A DNA stretch of 64,000 nucleotides from Candidatus Marifrigoribacter sp. Uisw_064 (GTDB lineage Bacteria; Bacteroidota; Bacteroidia; Flavobacteriales; Flavobacteriaceae), in assembly GCF_047730175.1 (NCBI RefSeq), contig NZ_CP159833.1, positions 1,381,144 to 1,445,143 on the forward strand. Direction: 5' to 3'. The position numbers and the translations under genes are program-made. Positions within the stretch are counted from its first letter, which is position 1. Each line of letters begins with the position of its first letter. The notes under the pieces were generated by a model. That model saw only the letters and a program-made list of their open reading frames with translations. It had not been told where the DNA came from and searched no databases. This document shows positions 1 through 9,632 of the stretch, piece by piece.

Positions 1-2
1 GA

Positions 3-968
3 CTACTTACAGGAAATCACTCTCTTTATTTAGAAACAGAGGAATTTATTTCTACTCTATATACTCAAGAAGCTGCTTTAATTTTTAATTCTGGTTACGA
101 TGCTAACCTTGGACTTTTATCCTCCATTCCTCAACGAGGAGATATTATTTTATATGATGACTTAATACATGCTTCTTTAAGAGATGGTATTTCTATGAGT
201 CATGCTAATGCGTATAAGTTTAAGCATAACGATCTAAAGGATATCCAAACATTGTGTACGCGCATTAAAAATAAGAGGCATGTTAGTAATGCAGACCCTA
301 TAGAAATTTATGTAGTTACCGAATCTGTGTTTTCTATGGATGGAGATTCTCCAGACCTAAACACTCTTGCTTCTTATTGCCAAGAAAATAATTTAAAGCT
401 TATTGTTGATGAAGCACATGCTGTAGGTATTTTTAGTTTAGGTTTGGTACATCAATTAAAATTAGAAGATAAAGTTTTTGCAACGATACTTACCTTCGGA
501 AAAGGATTAGGGTGTCATGGTGCTGCAATTCTTGGGAGTAAACTACTTAAAGAGTTTTTAGTGAATTTTTCTAGAAGCTTTATTTATACCACAGCGCTTC
601 CTCCTCATTCTGTTGCTACCATTTATTCGGCACTTCAACAACTTAAGCTTGAATCTGAAAAGGAAGATTCTGAAATTCAAAAGTTGAATTCAAATATTCT
701 ATTTTTTAAGAATGAATTACAGCAATTAGACCTTGACAAACATTTTATTGCAAGTAATTCGGCGATTCAATGTTGTATTATTTCTGGAAATGAAAAAGTT
801 AAAAATTGTTCAGAAGCTCTAATAAAAGAAGGATACGATGTAAAAGCGATACTTTCACCAACCGTTTCTGAAGAAAAAGAACGGTTACGGTTTTGTTTGC
901 ATAGTTATAATTCAGAAGAAGAAATTAGTGGTGTCTTAAAAACTCTAAAAAAAGTACTAATACAATGA
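3..968 (+). CDS. bioF: 8-amino-7-oxononanoate synthase (5'-truncated by window edge; frame continues upstream of the track's ATG at 195)
   Basis: Open frame 3 from position 3 translates ...LIFNSGYDANLGLLSS...IYVVTESVFSMDGD...TFGKGLG. These are class-II PLP aminotransferase / BioF motifs. Next gene overlaps by 4 nt (bioD). Confidence 0.85.
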   Translation, partial: LLTGNHSLYLETEEFISTLYTQEAALIFNSGYDANLGLLSSIPQRGDIILYDDLIHASLRDGISMSHANAYKFKHNDLKDIQTLCTRIKNKRHVSNADPIEIYVVTESVFSMDGDSPDLNTLASYCQENNLKLIVDEAHAVGIFSLGLVHQLKLEDKVFATILTFGKGLGCHGAAILGSKLLKEFLVNFSRSFIYTTALPPHSVATIYSALQQLKLESEKEDSEIQKLNSNILFFKNELQQLDLDKHFIASNSAIQCCIISGNEKVKNCSEALIKEGYDVKAILSPTVSEEKERLRFCLHSYNSEEEISGVLKTLKKVLIQ

Positions 969-1576
969 AACAAACCTATTTCATTACTGGAATTTCTACC
1001 GATGTAGGGAAAACTATAGCTTCTGCTATTTGCGTTGAAGCTTTACAGGCAGATTATTGGAAACCGATTCAAGCGGGAGAGTTAGCTAATTCGGACACAA
1101 AAAAAGTGCAAAAACTAGTTTCAAACAAAGCATCTAAATTTCATCCTGGAGCCTTTAATTTAACAGCGCCTATGAGTCCTCATGCAGCTGCCAAAATTGA
1201 CGATGTAGTGATTCTTTCAGAAAAAATAAAAAGACCAACAACCAAAAATAACCTAGTAATTGAAGGAGCTGGCGGATTATTAGTGCCATTAAATGATAAA
1301 GAAACGATACTAGATTTAATTCACCCAAAAGATAAAGTAATTGTGGTTTCTAGGCATTATTTGGGCAGTATCAATCACACCTTATTAACTTTAGAAGTTT
1401 TAAAACAAAGAAATTTAAAGGTGCATGGTATTATTTTTAGCGGAAACAAAAATGAAGATACCGAAACTATTATCGAACAAATGTCTGGGATAAAAATATT
1501 GGGACGTATCGATGAAGAGCCTTACTTTGATACTTCGGTGATTAAAGAATATGCAGAACGATTGAATATAGAATAA
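965..1576 (+). CDS. bioD: ATP-dependent dethiobiotin synthetase
   Basis: N-terminal P-loop FITGISTDVGKT. Size 203 aa. Sits between bioF and bioA, translationally coupled to both. Confidence 0.9.
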   Translation: MKQTYFITGISTDVGKTIASAICVEALQADYWKPIQAGELANSDTKKVQKLVSNKASKFHPGAFNLTAPMSPHAAAKIDDVVILSEKIKRPTTKNNLVIEGAGGLLVPLNDKETILDLIHPKDKVIVVSRHYLGSINHTLLTLEVLKQRNLKVHGIIFSGNKNEDTETIIEQMSGIKILGRIDEEPYFDTSVIKEYAERLNIE

Positions 1577-1577
1577 C

Positions 1578-2843
1578 ATGAGTTTACAAGAAAGAGATAA
1601 AAAACACATTTGGCATCCTTTAACGCAGCACAAAACGAGTAAGGCTTCTTTAGGGATTGTAAAAGCTAGCGGTTCTATATTATGGGACGAGAAAGGCAAT
1701 CAATATATTGATGGAATTGCCTCTTGGTATACGGCAATGTATGGACATTGTAATCCTTATATTACTTCAAAAGTTACCGCGCAAATGTTGTCTTTGGATC
1801 AGGTGGTTTTTAGTGGATTTACGCATGAACCGGCTGTAGAGCTTTCAGAAAAACTCATTGAGATTTTACCAAACAATCAACAAAAATTATTCTTTTCAGA
1901 TAATGGATCTACTTCGGTAGAAATTGCGATTAAAATGGCAATGCAATATCATTTTAATAAAGGTGAAAAAAGAACAACTTTATTAGCTTTTGAAGATGGA
2001 TTTCATGGGGACACTTTTGGTGCCATGTCGGTTTCTGGTTTATCTGTGTATAACGGACCGTTTGAAGGCCTTTTACTGAATGTGTATAGAATACCTGCCC
2101 CTAACGGAACTAATAACAAGGAGGTGATTGAATTAGCTTCAAAACTTATTTCTGAACATGCAATAGCGGGATTTATTTATGAACCTTTAGTGCAAGGTGC
2201 CGCAGCCATGAAAATGAATAATGCCGAAGGATTAAATAAGCTGTTACAACTCTGCAATGAAAACAATATTATTACCATTGCAGATGAGGTAATGACGGGA
2301 TTCGGAAAAACAGGAACCAATTTTGCTTCAGAACATATGGCAACCCAACCCGATATTATCTGCCTTAGTAAAGCATTAACGGCGGGCTTATTGCCTATGG
2401 CAATTACTACTTGTACGCAAGATATTTATGATGCTTTTTATAGTGATGAATTAGCAAAGGGTTTGTTTCATGGGCATACCTATACAGCTAATCCATTAGC
2501 CTGTAGAGCTGCCATAGCAGGGATAGAGTTGTTGCAAACAGATACAATGCAAACAAATATTAAACGAATAATAGCATCGCATCAATCTTTTGCTTCAACA
2601 ATTAAAGAGCATCCTAAGGTTAAAAATGTACGTCAGTTAGGAGTTATTTTTGCATTTGATGTAGACATTGAAATGGAACGTTATGGAGATTCTAGAAATC
2701 AATTGTTTGATTTCTTTATGAAACAGGGCGTTTTTCTACGTCCTTTAGGAAATACGATCTATATATTGCCACCTTTTGTTATTACTGAAGATGAATTGCA
2801 AAAAATATATACCGTAATTGAAGCGAGTTTAGCCTTATTCTAG
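1578..2843 (+). CDS. bioA: adenosylmethionine--8-amino-7-oxononanoate aminotransferase
   Basis: 421 aa class-III aminotransferase with WHPLTQ start motif typical of BioA. Follows bioD with 1-nt spacing. Confidence 0.9.
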   Translation: MSLQERDKKHIWHPLTQHKTSKASLGIVKASGSILWDEKGNQYIDGIASWYTAMYGHCNPYITSKVTAQMLSLDQVVFSGFTHEPAVELSEKLIEILPNNQQKLFFSDNGSTSVEIAIKMAMQYHFNKGEKRTTLLAFEDGFHGDTFGAMSVSGLSVYNGPFEGLLLNVYRIPAPNGTNNKEVIELASKLISEHAIAGFIYEPLVQGAAAMKMNNAEGLNKLLQLCNENNIITIADEVMTGFGKTGTNFASEHMATQPDIICLSKALTAGLLPMAITTCTQDIYDAFYSDELAKGLFHGHTYTANPLACRAAIAGIELLQTDTMQTNIKRIIASHQSFASTIKEHPKVKNVRQLGVIFAFDVDIEMERYGDSRNQLFDFFMKQGVFLRPLGNTIYILPPFVITEDELQKIYTVIEASLALF

Positions 2844-3266
2844 TAATTCATTATTTTCATTCAATAAATTAATGATTTCATCTGTATCATTAATTTCTAC
2901 TTGCATTAATTGGTAGGTCCAAACATCATTTTCTTTTTCAGCAATTACAGTTACAGTACCTTCTCCTTTAGGTCCTTTTACGGGTACTTTTATATCAGCA
3001 CTTGCATTATTATTTTCATAATTAATATTACCCTGAAACATACCATCAGCTTCGATTGGTTGTCCTAATTTTTCAATAACATACTCGTTATTATTTATGG
3101 AAGACATTGCAACTTCATAAGGTTCTGAGCCTTTAAAAAGTGTAGAAACACCTTAATATAGTGCAAGGGCAAAAACGATAGACAATATAATAATGGTAAG
3201 ACAACCAAAGGTTGGAACTGCCCATTTCCAATTTCTACCGAACCAGTTTTTTCTTTGCTCTTCCAT
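2835..3266 (-). pseudogene. Coa1-like membrane-anchored protein interrupted by in-frame TAA (codon at 3153-3155)
   Basis: Minus-strand ATG at 3266 gives MEEQRKNWFGRNWKWAVPTLGCLTIIILSIVFALALY, then TAA. The same frame continues GVSTLFKGSEPYEVA-MSSINNNEY... into track ORF 2835..3107. Both parts look like genuine protein sequence. Confidence 0.5.
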
Positions 3267-3313
3267 GAATTCTGTTATTAAATAACAAAGGTATGAATTA
3301 GTCTATTATATTT

Positions 3314-3664
3314 TTAATTTGTACCACTAGTGGACAAATAAGGACTGTCTTCAGGGTTTATATTTAGCGCTTTTAAAGATTGTTTATAGCGAAATCGTAA
3401 GGTTGGGTCTTTCAACTTTTCTAAATCAAAAAGTTTTTCGAACCATTTTTTTGCTTCCGAATAATTATTTTTAAAATAATTAGCATTCGCTAATTTTTGA
3501 TATATTTTAGCTGTGCCATAACCATCATTCACATAACTTTCATAGACCTTTACAAGATCAATGTCTTTATTAACATCCATTTTAGGCTTGTCAATAGTTT
3601 GTGAAATAGCAGTCATTGAGAAGCTAAATAAAACCAAAATCAATAAAAAGCGATACTTTACCAT
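3314..3664 (-). CDS. hypothetical secreted protein (signal peptide; TPR-like segment)
   Basis: N-terminal signal peptide. Sequence KIYQKLANANYFKNNYSEAKKWFEKL resembles a TPR. Only 116 aa, so it could be a truncated remnant. Confidence 0.4.
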   Translation of the reverse strand: MVKYRFLLILVLFSFSMTAISQTIDKPKMDVNKDIDLVKVYESYVNDGYGTAKIYQKLANANYFKNNYSEAKKWFEKLFDLEKLKDPTLRFRYKQSLKALNINPEDSPYLSTSGTN

Positions 3665-3782
3665 TAGTGAATTAAATTATATGTTTGACAAAGTGCTAAA
3701 ATTATATTTTAAAAGAAAATATAATTGTTAAACGGCAATAAAATTGTGGTGTAATGCCTAAAATTCAATATATTAATATAAA

Positions 3783-5534
3783 TTAAAGTTTAATAATCTT
3801 TTTAGTAATGGCTCCAAAGTCACCTTTAAAAGTAATAAATAGAGCTCCTTTCCAAGATTCTTTTAAATCTAAATTTAAAAGGCCATTACCGTTTTCAATA
3901 TCAGTTTCATACAGTTTTTGTCCTAATAAATTATAAATAAATACCTGTATAGAACCTTCAATTTCATTTAAATTAAAAGTTACATTGCTCCTAGCAGGAT
4001 TAGGATACGGATTAGAAATATGCTGTGCAGCCCAATCTTCAGCAGATAAAATACCAACATTAATGGTCCAATATCCATCAGGAGCAACAAGAGGTCTTGC
4101 TAATGATTTTCCTGAAATTGCTTCTGCCCAAATGTAATACTCAATATCAATATCCGTATTTGGTATTAATACATCAGCAGTCCAAGTATCATCACTTACA
4201 AAACTCATAGCAGTTTCATTAAAATTACTCTCTCCTACTTCTCTCCAAAATACTTTGGCTGTATTGATTCCTGAAATATGCTTAATCATTGCATCTATCG
4301 CGACAGTACTGTTTGCATTTGCTTCATCAATGGGTTGGTGGACAATTAATAAAGGTTCATCAACACCGATTGTATGTGTAATACAATGAATAGCTCCAAA
4401 AAGAGAAATTAAATTTTCGCCAGGATTATCAACATCAATCCCGACAATATTATAACCAGGCATTAACTCTTCATAATACGCTAGGGCTGGTGCATCAACT
4501 TCAGGTCTATACGTAGGGACTAAAATCGTTTTATTAATGATAATTGAGTTACTAAACGTACGATAAGACCCACCATTGTCTGGATAATTTCCTCCTGTAC
4601 TTGGTGGCGCGTCAATCCATTTTACTTCATAAGGAGTGCCAAAGGGAGATTGAAAATTACTTAATACATAATCTATGTTTTCTTCAATTTGAGGACCATC
4701 AGCAACTCCCGTTGGGTATCTACTTACTAATAAAGTTTCCTCATCCAAAAGTTTCATGTGCATATCAATGTGATGAATTGCATCATAAGGAAGGGTTTCC
4801 ATTTTAATATAATTTTGAATTCCCATATAATCCAACATAATTTGATCAATTTCCGCTTCCGTTTTTGCACTTACACCGTAAGGGTTTCCAGGTTGATTTT
4901 CTTCTAAAATTAATTCCGAAGCAAAAGCATTCCCTAATCCATCAGACATATAATTTCCACCGGTATTTACTAAATCATTTATTCCCGAATCTGTAATATA
5001 AATAGGAAAGTCTAATAAATCTGCATGAGCAGAGGGCATAACATCATCATTAGGCCTTGGACGATTGTAAATCCAATCGGTTAATGCTCTTTCTCCCACA
5101 TCGTCTGAATATATAGTATTTCCGGCATAATCTCGTATCCAAATACTATCACTATTCGTGTTTAAAAATATAACATTGGTAAGATCAACCCCATTTGAAG
5201 TAAGGTATGAAGAAACCGAAGATTCATTCTGTGTTGTAATAACCACCTTGCATTCTTCTACTCCAGCGGCTACTATTTGAAGCAAGATATTTTGAAAACC
5301 ATTGGTCCATCGTACCACTAAATATTCTACTTCTTCCCATTCGGCAGCGGCTCTAACAGGCCCCGTAGGAGGTTCTGTCATTCTTGAACTTCTAAACTGA
5401 AATTGAGAAATAATACTTTTTTCATGGGCTGTGAGTCCTTTTGGTAATTCATCAGATCCTTCTTGTGAATTTACAAAAGGAATAAAAGCAAATAAAAATA
5501 CAAGTAGTAGGCTTTTGACTTGGGTGCTTTTCAT
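3783..5534 (-). CDS. T9SS-secreted agmatine deiminase / Porphyromonas-type peptidylarginine deiminase family protein
   Basis: Signal peptide. IWIRDYAG motif and FGAIHCITH (catalytic Cys region of the PAD_porph/agmatine deiminase family). C-terminal ~80 aa T9SS sorting domain (…ITKKIIKL). Confidence 0.75.
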   Translation of the reverse strand: MKSTQVKSLLLVFLFAFIPFVNSQEGSDELPKGLTAHEKSIISQFQFRSSRMTEPPTGPVRAAAEWEEVEYLVVRWTNGFQNILLQIVAAGVEECKVVITTQNESSVSSYLTSNGVDLTNVIFLNTNSDSIWIRDYAGNTIYSDDVGERALTDWIYNRPRPNDDVMPSAHADLLDFPIYITDSGINDLVNTGGNYMSDGLGNAFASELILEENQPGNPYGVSAKTEAEIDQIMLDYMGIQNYIKMETLPYDAIHHIDMHMKLLDEETLLVSRYPTGVADGPQIEENIDYVLSNFQSPFGTPYEVKWIDAPPSTGGNYPDNGGSYRTFSNSIIINKTILVPTYRPEVDAPALAYYEELMPGYNIVGIDVDNPGENLISLFGAIHCITHTIGVDEPLLIVHQPIDEANANSTVAIDAMIKHISGINTAKVFWREVGESNFNETAMSFVSDDTWTADVLIPNTDIDIEYYIWAEAISGKSLARPLVAPDGYWTINVGILSAEDWAAQHISNPYPNPARSNVTFNLNEIEGSIQVFIYNLLGQKLYETDIENGNGLLNLDLKESWKGALFITFKGDFGAITKKIIKL

Positions 5535-5578
5535 AATTTTTTTTACGAAGATACCATTTTATCCCGAACTATAGAGGC

Positions 5579-6220
5579 TTAACTAGTAAGGTGTTGTATG
5601 AACAATTCTCTTGTAATTTCTTCTGCGCCAAGGCTTTCCAGATGATCGGTATGCATTTGACAATCTATTAGTTTATAGTTTTTTTGCTGAAGATGTTTCA
5701 CCAAATAATAAAACCCAACTTTTGAAGCATCTGTTTGCGTACTAAACATACTTTCGCCACAAAATATTTTTTGCTTCGGAAGATTAATTCCGTATAAACC
5801 TCCCACAAGCGCATCATGACTCCAAACTTCCACAGATTGAGCATGCCCTAATTTGTGTAATTCAACATAAGCTTCTTCCATTTCTTGCGTAATCCAAGTA
5901 CCTCCTTGACCTTCTCGTTTAATCGTGGAGCAGTTTTTTATGACTTCGGAAAAACTAGTATTAAAAGTGATTTTAAATTTAGTATTCTTAATCGTTTTTG
6001 AAAGACTTTTTGAAACTTTAAACCTTGAAGGAAATAAAACCATTCGCGGATCGGGACTCCACCATAAAATAGGTTGTTGTTCATCGTACCACGGAAAAAT
6101 TCCCGATTGATAGGCAAGCAATAATCGATCTGAAGATAAATCGCCTCCAATGGCTAACAAACCTTCTTCGTCAGCTTCAGAAGGGTCAGGAAACATTAAT
6201 AATTCGTTCAGTAGATACAT
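5579..6220 (-). CDS. aat: leucyl/phenylalanyl-tRNA--protein transferase
   Basis: 213 aa. Motifs GIFPWY, PILWWSPDPR and GESMF are typical of Aat. Confidence 0.85.
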   Translation of the reverse strand: MYLLNELLMFPDPSEADEEGLLAIGGDLSSDRLLLAYQSGIFPWYDEQQPILWWSPDPRMVLFPSRFKVSKSLSKTIKNTKFKITFNTSFSEVIKNCSTIKREGQGGTWITQEMEEAYVELHKLGHAQSVEVWSHDALVGGLYGINLPKQKIFCGESMFSTQTDASKVGFYYLVKHLQQKNYKLIDCQMHTDHLESLGAEEITRELFIQHLTS

Positions 6221-6221
6221 T

Positions 6222-7604
6222 TTAAAAGATTAATAATCCTGCAATAAATATGACTGATCCTATGAGCATCAATAGAAGCGTATAGGGTAAAATTTCTTTC
6301 GCTTTTAGTTTTGTAATTCCTAAGAGCGGCAAAGCCCAAAAAGGTTGAAGCATATTTGTAATCTGATCTCCATAAGCCAATGCCATAATTGCTTTGGGTA
6401 AGGGAACGCCTAATTTTAAAGCAGATTCAATTACAATCGGCCCTTGTATAGCCCATTGTCCGCCACCACTTGGCACAAATAAATTAACCAATCCTCCACT
6501 AAAAAAAGTAAAGATGGGGAGTGTTGTTGGCGTAGCTACCGAAATAAAGAAATCTGAAATCTGAACCACCATTCCGCTATCTCTCATAATTCCCATAATC
6601 CCAAAATACAGTGGAAATTGAATTAATATCCCCGAAGCTCCTTTAATGGCTTCTTCGACAGCACTTAAAAATTGATGGATATTACCATGTAGTATTAAGG
6701 CAAGCCCTAACATTAAAAAGTTAAGCATATTGGGAGTGATAATTAATTCGGTTAAAGCATCAAAATATTGATAGACAAAAGCAATTAAAATAATAGCGCC
6801 AAATGTAATTCCGAAGAACTTTGAATGATCAATCCGTTCTGCTCCTTTCATTTTTTCATTCTGAATTTCTAAGCCTTGATAAATCGGTAGATTGATTTCA
6901 GTAATGGGCGCTTTTTTTCCTAAGCGATATAAAAACAGCGGAATGATAACTAGAATCACTCCAAAAATAATGAGGTTAAAAGGACTAAAAACAGTTTCAC
7001 TATAAGAAATTAAATCAGGTAATTGTGCTGAATAGTCGGTTGTGCTTATTCCAGACATCAACGATGCTAAATGACCACTTTCAGAAACTTTTAAGGGAGC
7101 AGAGCCGCTAATGCCTCCATGCCAAATCATTAAACCTACATATCCTGAAGCTCCCACCAATGGATAGTTAATTTTAAAGCCTCTTAATTGAGAAGCTTCT
7201 GCCACTTTACGAGCCATAATGGCACCAAAAATTAGGCCTAGACCCCAATTAAAAAATGAAACTAATAGGGTACAAACACTCACTAATAAAACAGCATTCG
7301 ATGTATTTGAAACAAGATTGGTTAATTTTCCAATCAGAAAATTCATGGGTTTGCTTAACACTAAAATATGACCTAAGACCAATATAAGCATCATTTGGTA
7401 TGCAAATACCAATAAATCACTGTTCCAAATTCCATGTTCCCAATAGGATAAAATGGTAAAAAAGTGATTGCTGTTTTCGGTTTGTGGCGAATCTGTAAAA
7501 AGAAGAGCCAAGAGCATAGTAACCAAGGTTAATAAAATTGCAATGGCAAATGGGGAAGGCATGAACCTTTTAAACAATGATTCGATGGTTGCAGTGATAT
7601 TCAT
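6222..7604 (-). CDS. short-chain fatty acid transporter (AtoE family) membrane protein
   Basis: 460 aa polytopic membrane protein. N-terminus RFMPSPFAIAILLTLVTMLLALLF resembles the AtoE/TIGR00366 family. Confidence 0.6.
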   Translation of the reverse strand: MNITATIESLFKRFMPSPFAIAILLTLVTMLLALLFTDSPQTENSNHFFTILSYWEHGIWNSDLLVFAYQMMLILVLGHILVLSKPMNFLIGKLTNLVSNTSNAVLLVSVCTLLVSFFNWGLGLIFGAIMARKVAEASQLRGFKINYPLVGASGYVGLMIWHGGISGSAPLKVSESGHLASLMSGISTTDYSAQLPDLISYSETVFSPFNLIIFGVILVIIPLFLYRLGKKAPITEINLPIYQGLEIQNEKMKGAERIDHSKFFGITFGAIILIAFVYQYFDALTELIITPNMLNFLMLGLALILHGNIHQFLSAVEEAIKGASGILIQFPLYFGIMGIMRDSGMVVQISDFFISVATPTTLPIFTFFSGGLVNLFVPSGGGQWAIQGPIVIESALKLGVPLPKAIMALAYGDQITNMLQPFWALPLLGITKLKAKEILPYTLLLMLIGSVIFIAGLLIF

Positions 7605-7657
7605 TCTTTAAAAATACAAAAACATGTTATCTATTTTAGTAGAATGAATATAATTAT

Positions 7658-7771
7658 GGATTACCAGTCATACTTCGACTTCGCTCAGCACAAGAGCTGA
7701 GAATGACAAATGTGTTTAAACAGTAAAGCACAATAAAAAAAACTTGTCATCCTGAACTTGGTTCAGGATCT
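7658..7771. repeat. interspersed repeat cluster 1-left: module A (7658-7710) + palindromic module D (7743-7770)
   Basis: Module A GGATTACCAGTCATACTTCGACTTCGCTCAGCACAAGAGCTGAGAATGACAAA recurs at 9753-9804. Module D CTTGTCATCCTGAACTTGGTTCAGGATC recurs at 8178-8206, 33921-33970, 34088-34112 and 59459-59486. Confidence 0.8.
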
Positions 7772-7795
7772 AACATAATATTTTACTTTTGTTAT

Positions 7796-8098
7796 ATGCC
7801 AAGGAAAGAATATAAATTTTATGTATACATAATTTCTAACAAGAAAAACGGAACACTTTATATTGGAATGACAAATGATATAGAGAGAAGAATATATGAA
7901 CATAAGAAAGGATTGATTGAAGGCTTTTCAAAACAATATCATCTTACAAGAATGATTCATGTTGAATTTTTTAAATATGTAAATGATGCAATTAAAAGAG
8001 AAAAACAATTAAAGAATTGGAATCGTGAATGGAAAATTAATTTAATTGAAAAAGAAAATCAAAAATGGGAAGATTTAGCTAAAGATTGGTTTGATTAA
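7796..8098 (+). CDS. GIY-YIG nuclease family protein (UPF0213/YhbQ-like)
   Basis: 100 aa with YVYIISNKKNGTLYIGMTNDIERRIYEH GIY-YIG core. Flanked on both sides by inverted copies of repeat module D. Confidence 0.85.
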   Translation: MPRKEYKFYVYIISNKKNGTLYIGMTNDIERRIYEHKKGLIEGFSKQYHLTRMIHVEFFKYVNDAIKREKQLKNWNREWKINLIEKENQKWEDLAKDWFD

Positions 8099-8207
8099 TG
8101 GATTCCTCATTGCATTCGGAAATACAAAGAATCTTTTCATTCTCAGCTTGACTGGGAATCTATCATAATCACACATGGATCCTGAATCAAGTTCAGGATG
8201 ACAAAAG
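8099..8207. repeat. interspersed repeat cluster 1-right: module B (8099-8121), C-tail + A' (rc) (8127-8160), module D (rc) (8178-8206)
   Basis: GGATTCCTCATTGCATTCGGAA (B) also occurs at 9716-9740 and 34024-34045. GTCATTCTCAGCTTGACTGGGAATC (A' rc) also occurs at 33888-33912 and in forward orientation at 9633-9660. Confidence 0.8.
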
Positions 8208-8213
8208 AAATAC

Positions 8214-9590
8214 CTACTCCTTAATCACCTTTTTAGTAAAAATCCCTTCCGCTGTTTCAACTTTTACAAATAGAAGGCCACTGTTAAGTTGGGATACATC
8301 AATGTTATTAAATTGTTCTTTTTCTTGAAGTACTAATCTACCTAATACATCATAGATTTTGATGGACTCAATTTGAGAAGAAGAAGAATTATTTATTGTT
8401 AAGATATCTTTCACTGGGTTTGGAAGTAAAGTAATTGATTCGCTAGAAAAATCATTTGTACCAAGTATCGTTAAGTTTTCATGCCAAGCTATTTTGTTAA
8501 GATTCATATCAGTGTAAAATACATCTTCATCACCATCATTATCAATATCTGCTGCAAAAAGACCCCTTGGAGCTTCTAAATTATTGGAGATTAATTGTGT
8601 AGTTCCAAAAGTACCGAATCCATCATTGACTTTCCAAACCACAAAACCATTTAATGAATCTTGATAGCTATATAAAATATCTTTATCCCCATCATTATCA
8701 AGATCTACACTAACAATATTTCTAGAAGTAACATTAAATGTTATTATTTGTTTGGGTCCAAAAGTACCTAATCCATCATTTTCATACCAAGCAATGGTTT
8801 CACCACCAAATTCAATATTTAACACATCCATATCGCCATCGTTATCAACATCATCTGCAATAACATAAATAGAGCCAGAAGTATCGTTTGTTATTTCTTG
8901 TTGGGTACCAAAATTACCTAGACCGTCTAAATGTTTATACCAAACAGGTTGATTATTAATAGAGCTGTCACTAATAACATCTTTAATTCCATCACCATCA
9001 ATATCAGCAAAAAAAACTGTGAGTGCAGTTAAAGCATCAGAATCTATAATATTCTGAGGCCCAAAATTCCCTAAACCATCTAAATTCTCATACCAAGTTA
9101 TTTTGTTATCCAATCTTGATGCTATAATAACATCTAAATCTCCATCTCCATCCACATCTTCAGAAATGACCATATTAGGTGAATCTAAAGTAGATGTAAT
9201 AATTTGTTGAGTGCCAAAATTCCCTAGACCATCTAAGTTCTCGTACCAAATTACTAAATCATTAAATAAATCAGTTGCTAAAACATCCATATCTCCATCT
9301 CCATCTATATCTGCTGCCGTAACATAACGAGATTCATCTAAAGTATTGGTAATAAATTGTGGGCTGTCAAAGTTGCCTAAACCGTCTAAGTTTTTATACC
9401 AAACAATTTTATTTTCAATCGTATCAGTAGCAATAAGATCCAAAAAACCATCTCCATCAATATCAATTACAGATATTGACCAAGAATTTGAGATATCAAC
9501 ATCAATTATTTGCTCTGGACCAAATTGTGCATTACCTATTTGAGAACAGATTAAAAATAGAATAATTAATAGTGTGTATTTCATTTTCAT
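8214..9590 (-). CDS. FG-GAP/VCBS-repeat protein with T9SS C-terminal sorting domain
   Basis: Signal peptide. Repeated DIDGDG / WYKNLDGLGNF units (FG-GAP-like). C-terminal …KIYDVLGRLV…KKVIKE sorting domain. Confidence 0.75.
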   Translation of the reverse strand: MKMKYTLLIILFLICSQIGNAQFGPEQIIDVDISNSWSISVIDIDGDGFLDLIATDTIENKIVWYKNLDGLGNFDSPQFITNTLDESRYVTAADIDGDGDMDVLATDLFNDLVIWYENLDGLGNFGTQQIITSTLDSPNMVISEDVDGDGDLDVIIASRLDNKITWYENLDGLGNFGPQNIIDSDALTALTVFFADIDGDGIKDVISDSSINNQPVWYKHLDGLGNFGTQQEITNDTSGSIYVIADDVDNDGDMDVLNIEFGGETIAWYENDGLGTFGPKQIITFNVTSRNIVSVDLDNDGDKDILYSYQDSLNGFVVWKVNDGFGTFGTTQLISNNLEAPRGLFAADIDNDGDEDVFYTDMNLNKIAWHENLTILGTNDFSSESITLLPNPVKDILTINNSSSSQIESIKIYDVLGRLVLQEKEQFNNIDVSQLNSGLLFVKVETAEGIFTKKVIKE

Positions 9591-9632
9591 AAAACTAAAA
9601 GGGGGAGTTTTATAAAGATAGAAAAATTAAAT

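Noticed and set aside
1415-1699. Minus-strand ORF overlapping bioD/bioA
   Set aside because: Antisense to two well-supported genes. Low-complexity translation.
4601-4807. 68-aa plus-strand ORF
   Set aside because: Embedded antisense in the PAD-family gene.
7743-7770. Module D palindromes as ordinary Rho-independent terminators
   Set aside because: Perfect stem-loops, but most copies lack an adjacent T-run. Their dispersed, conserved sequence argues for a repeat element rather than individual terminators.
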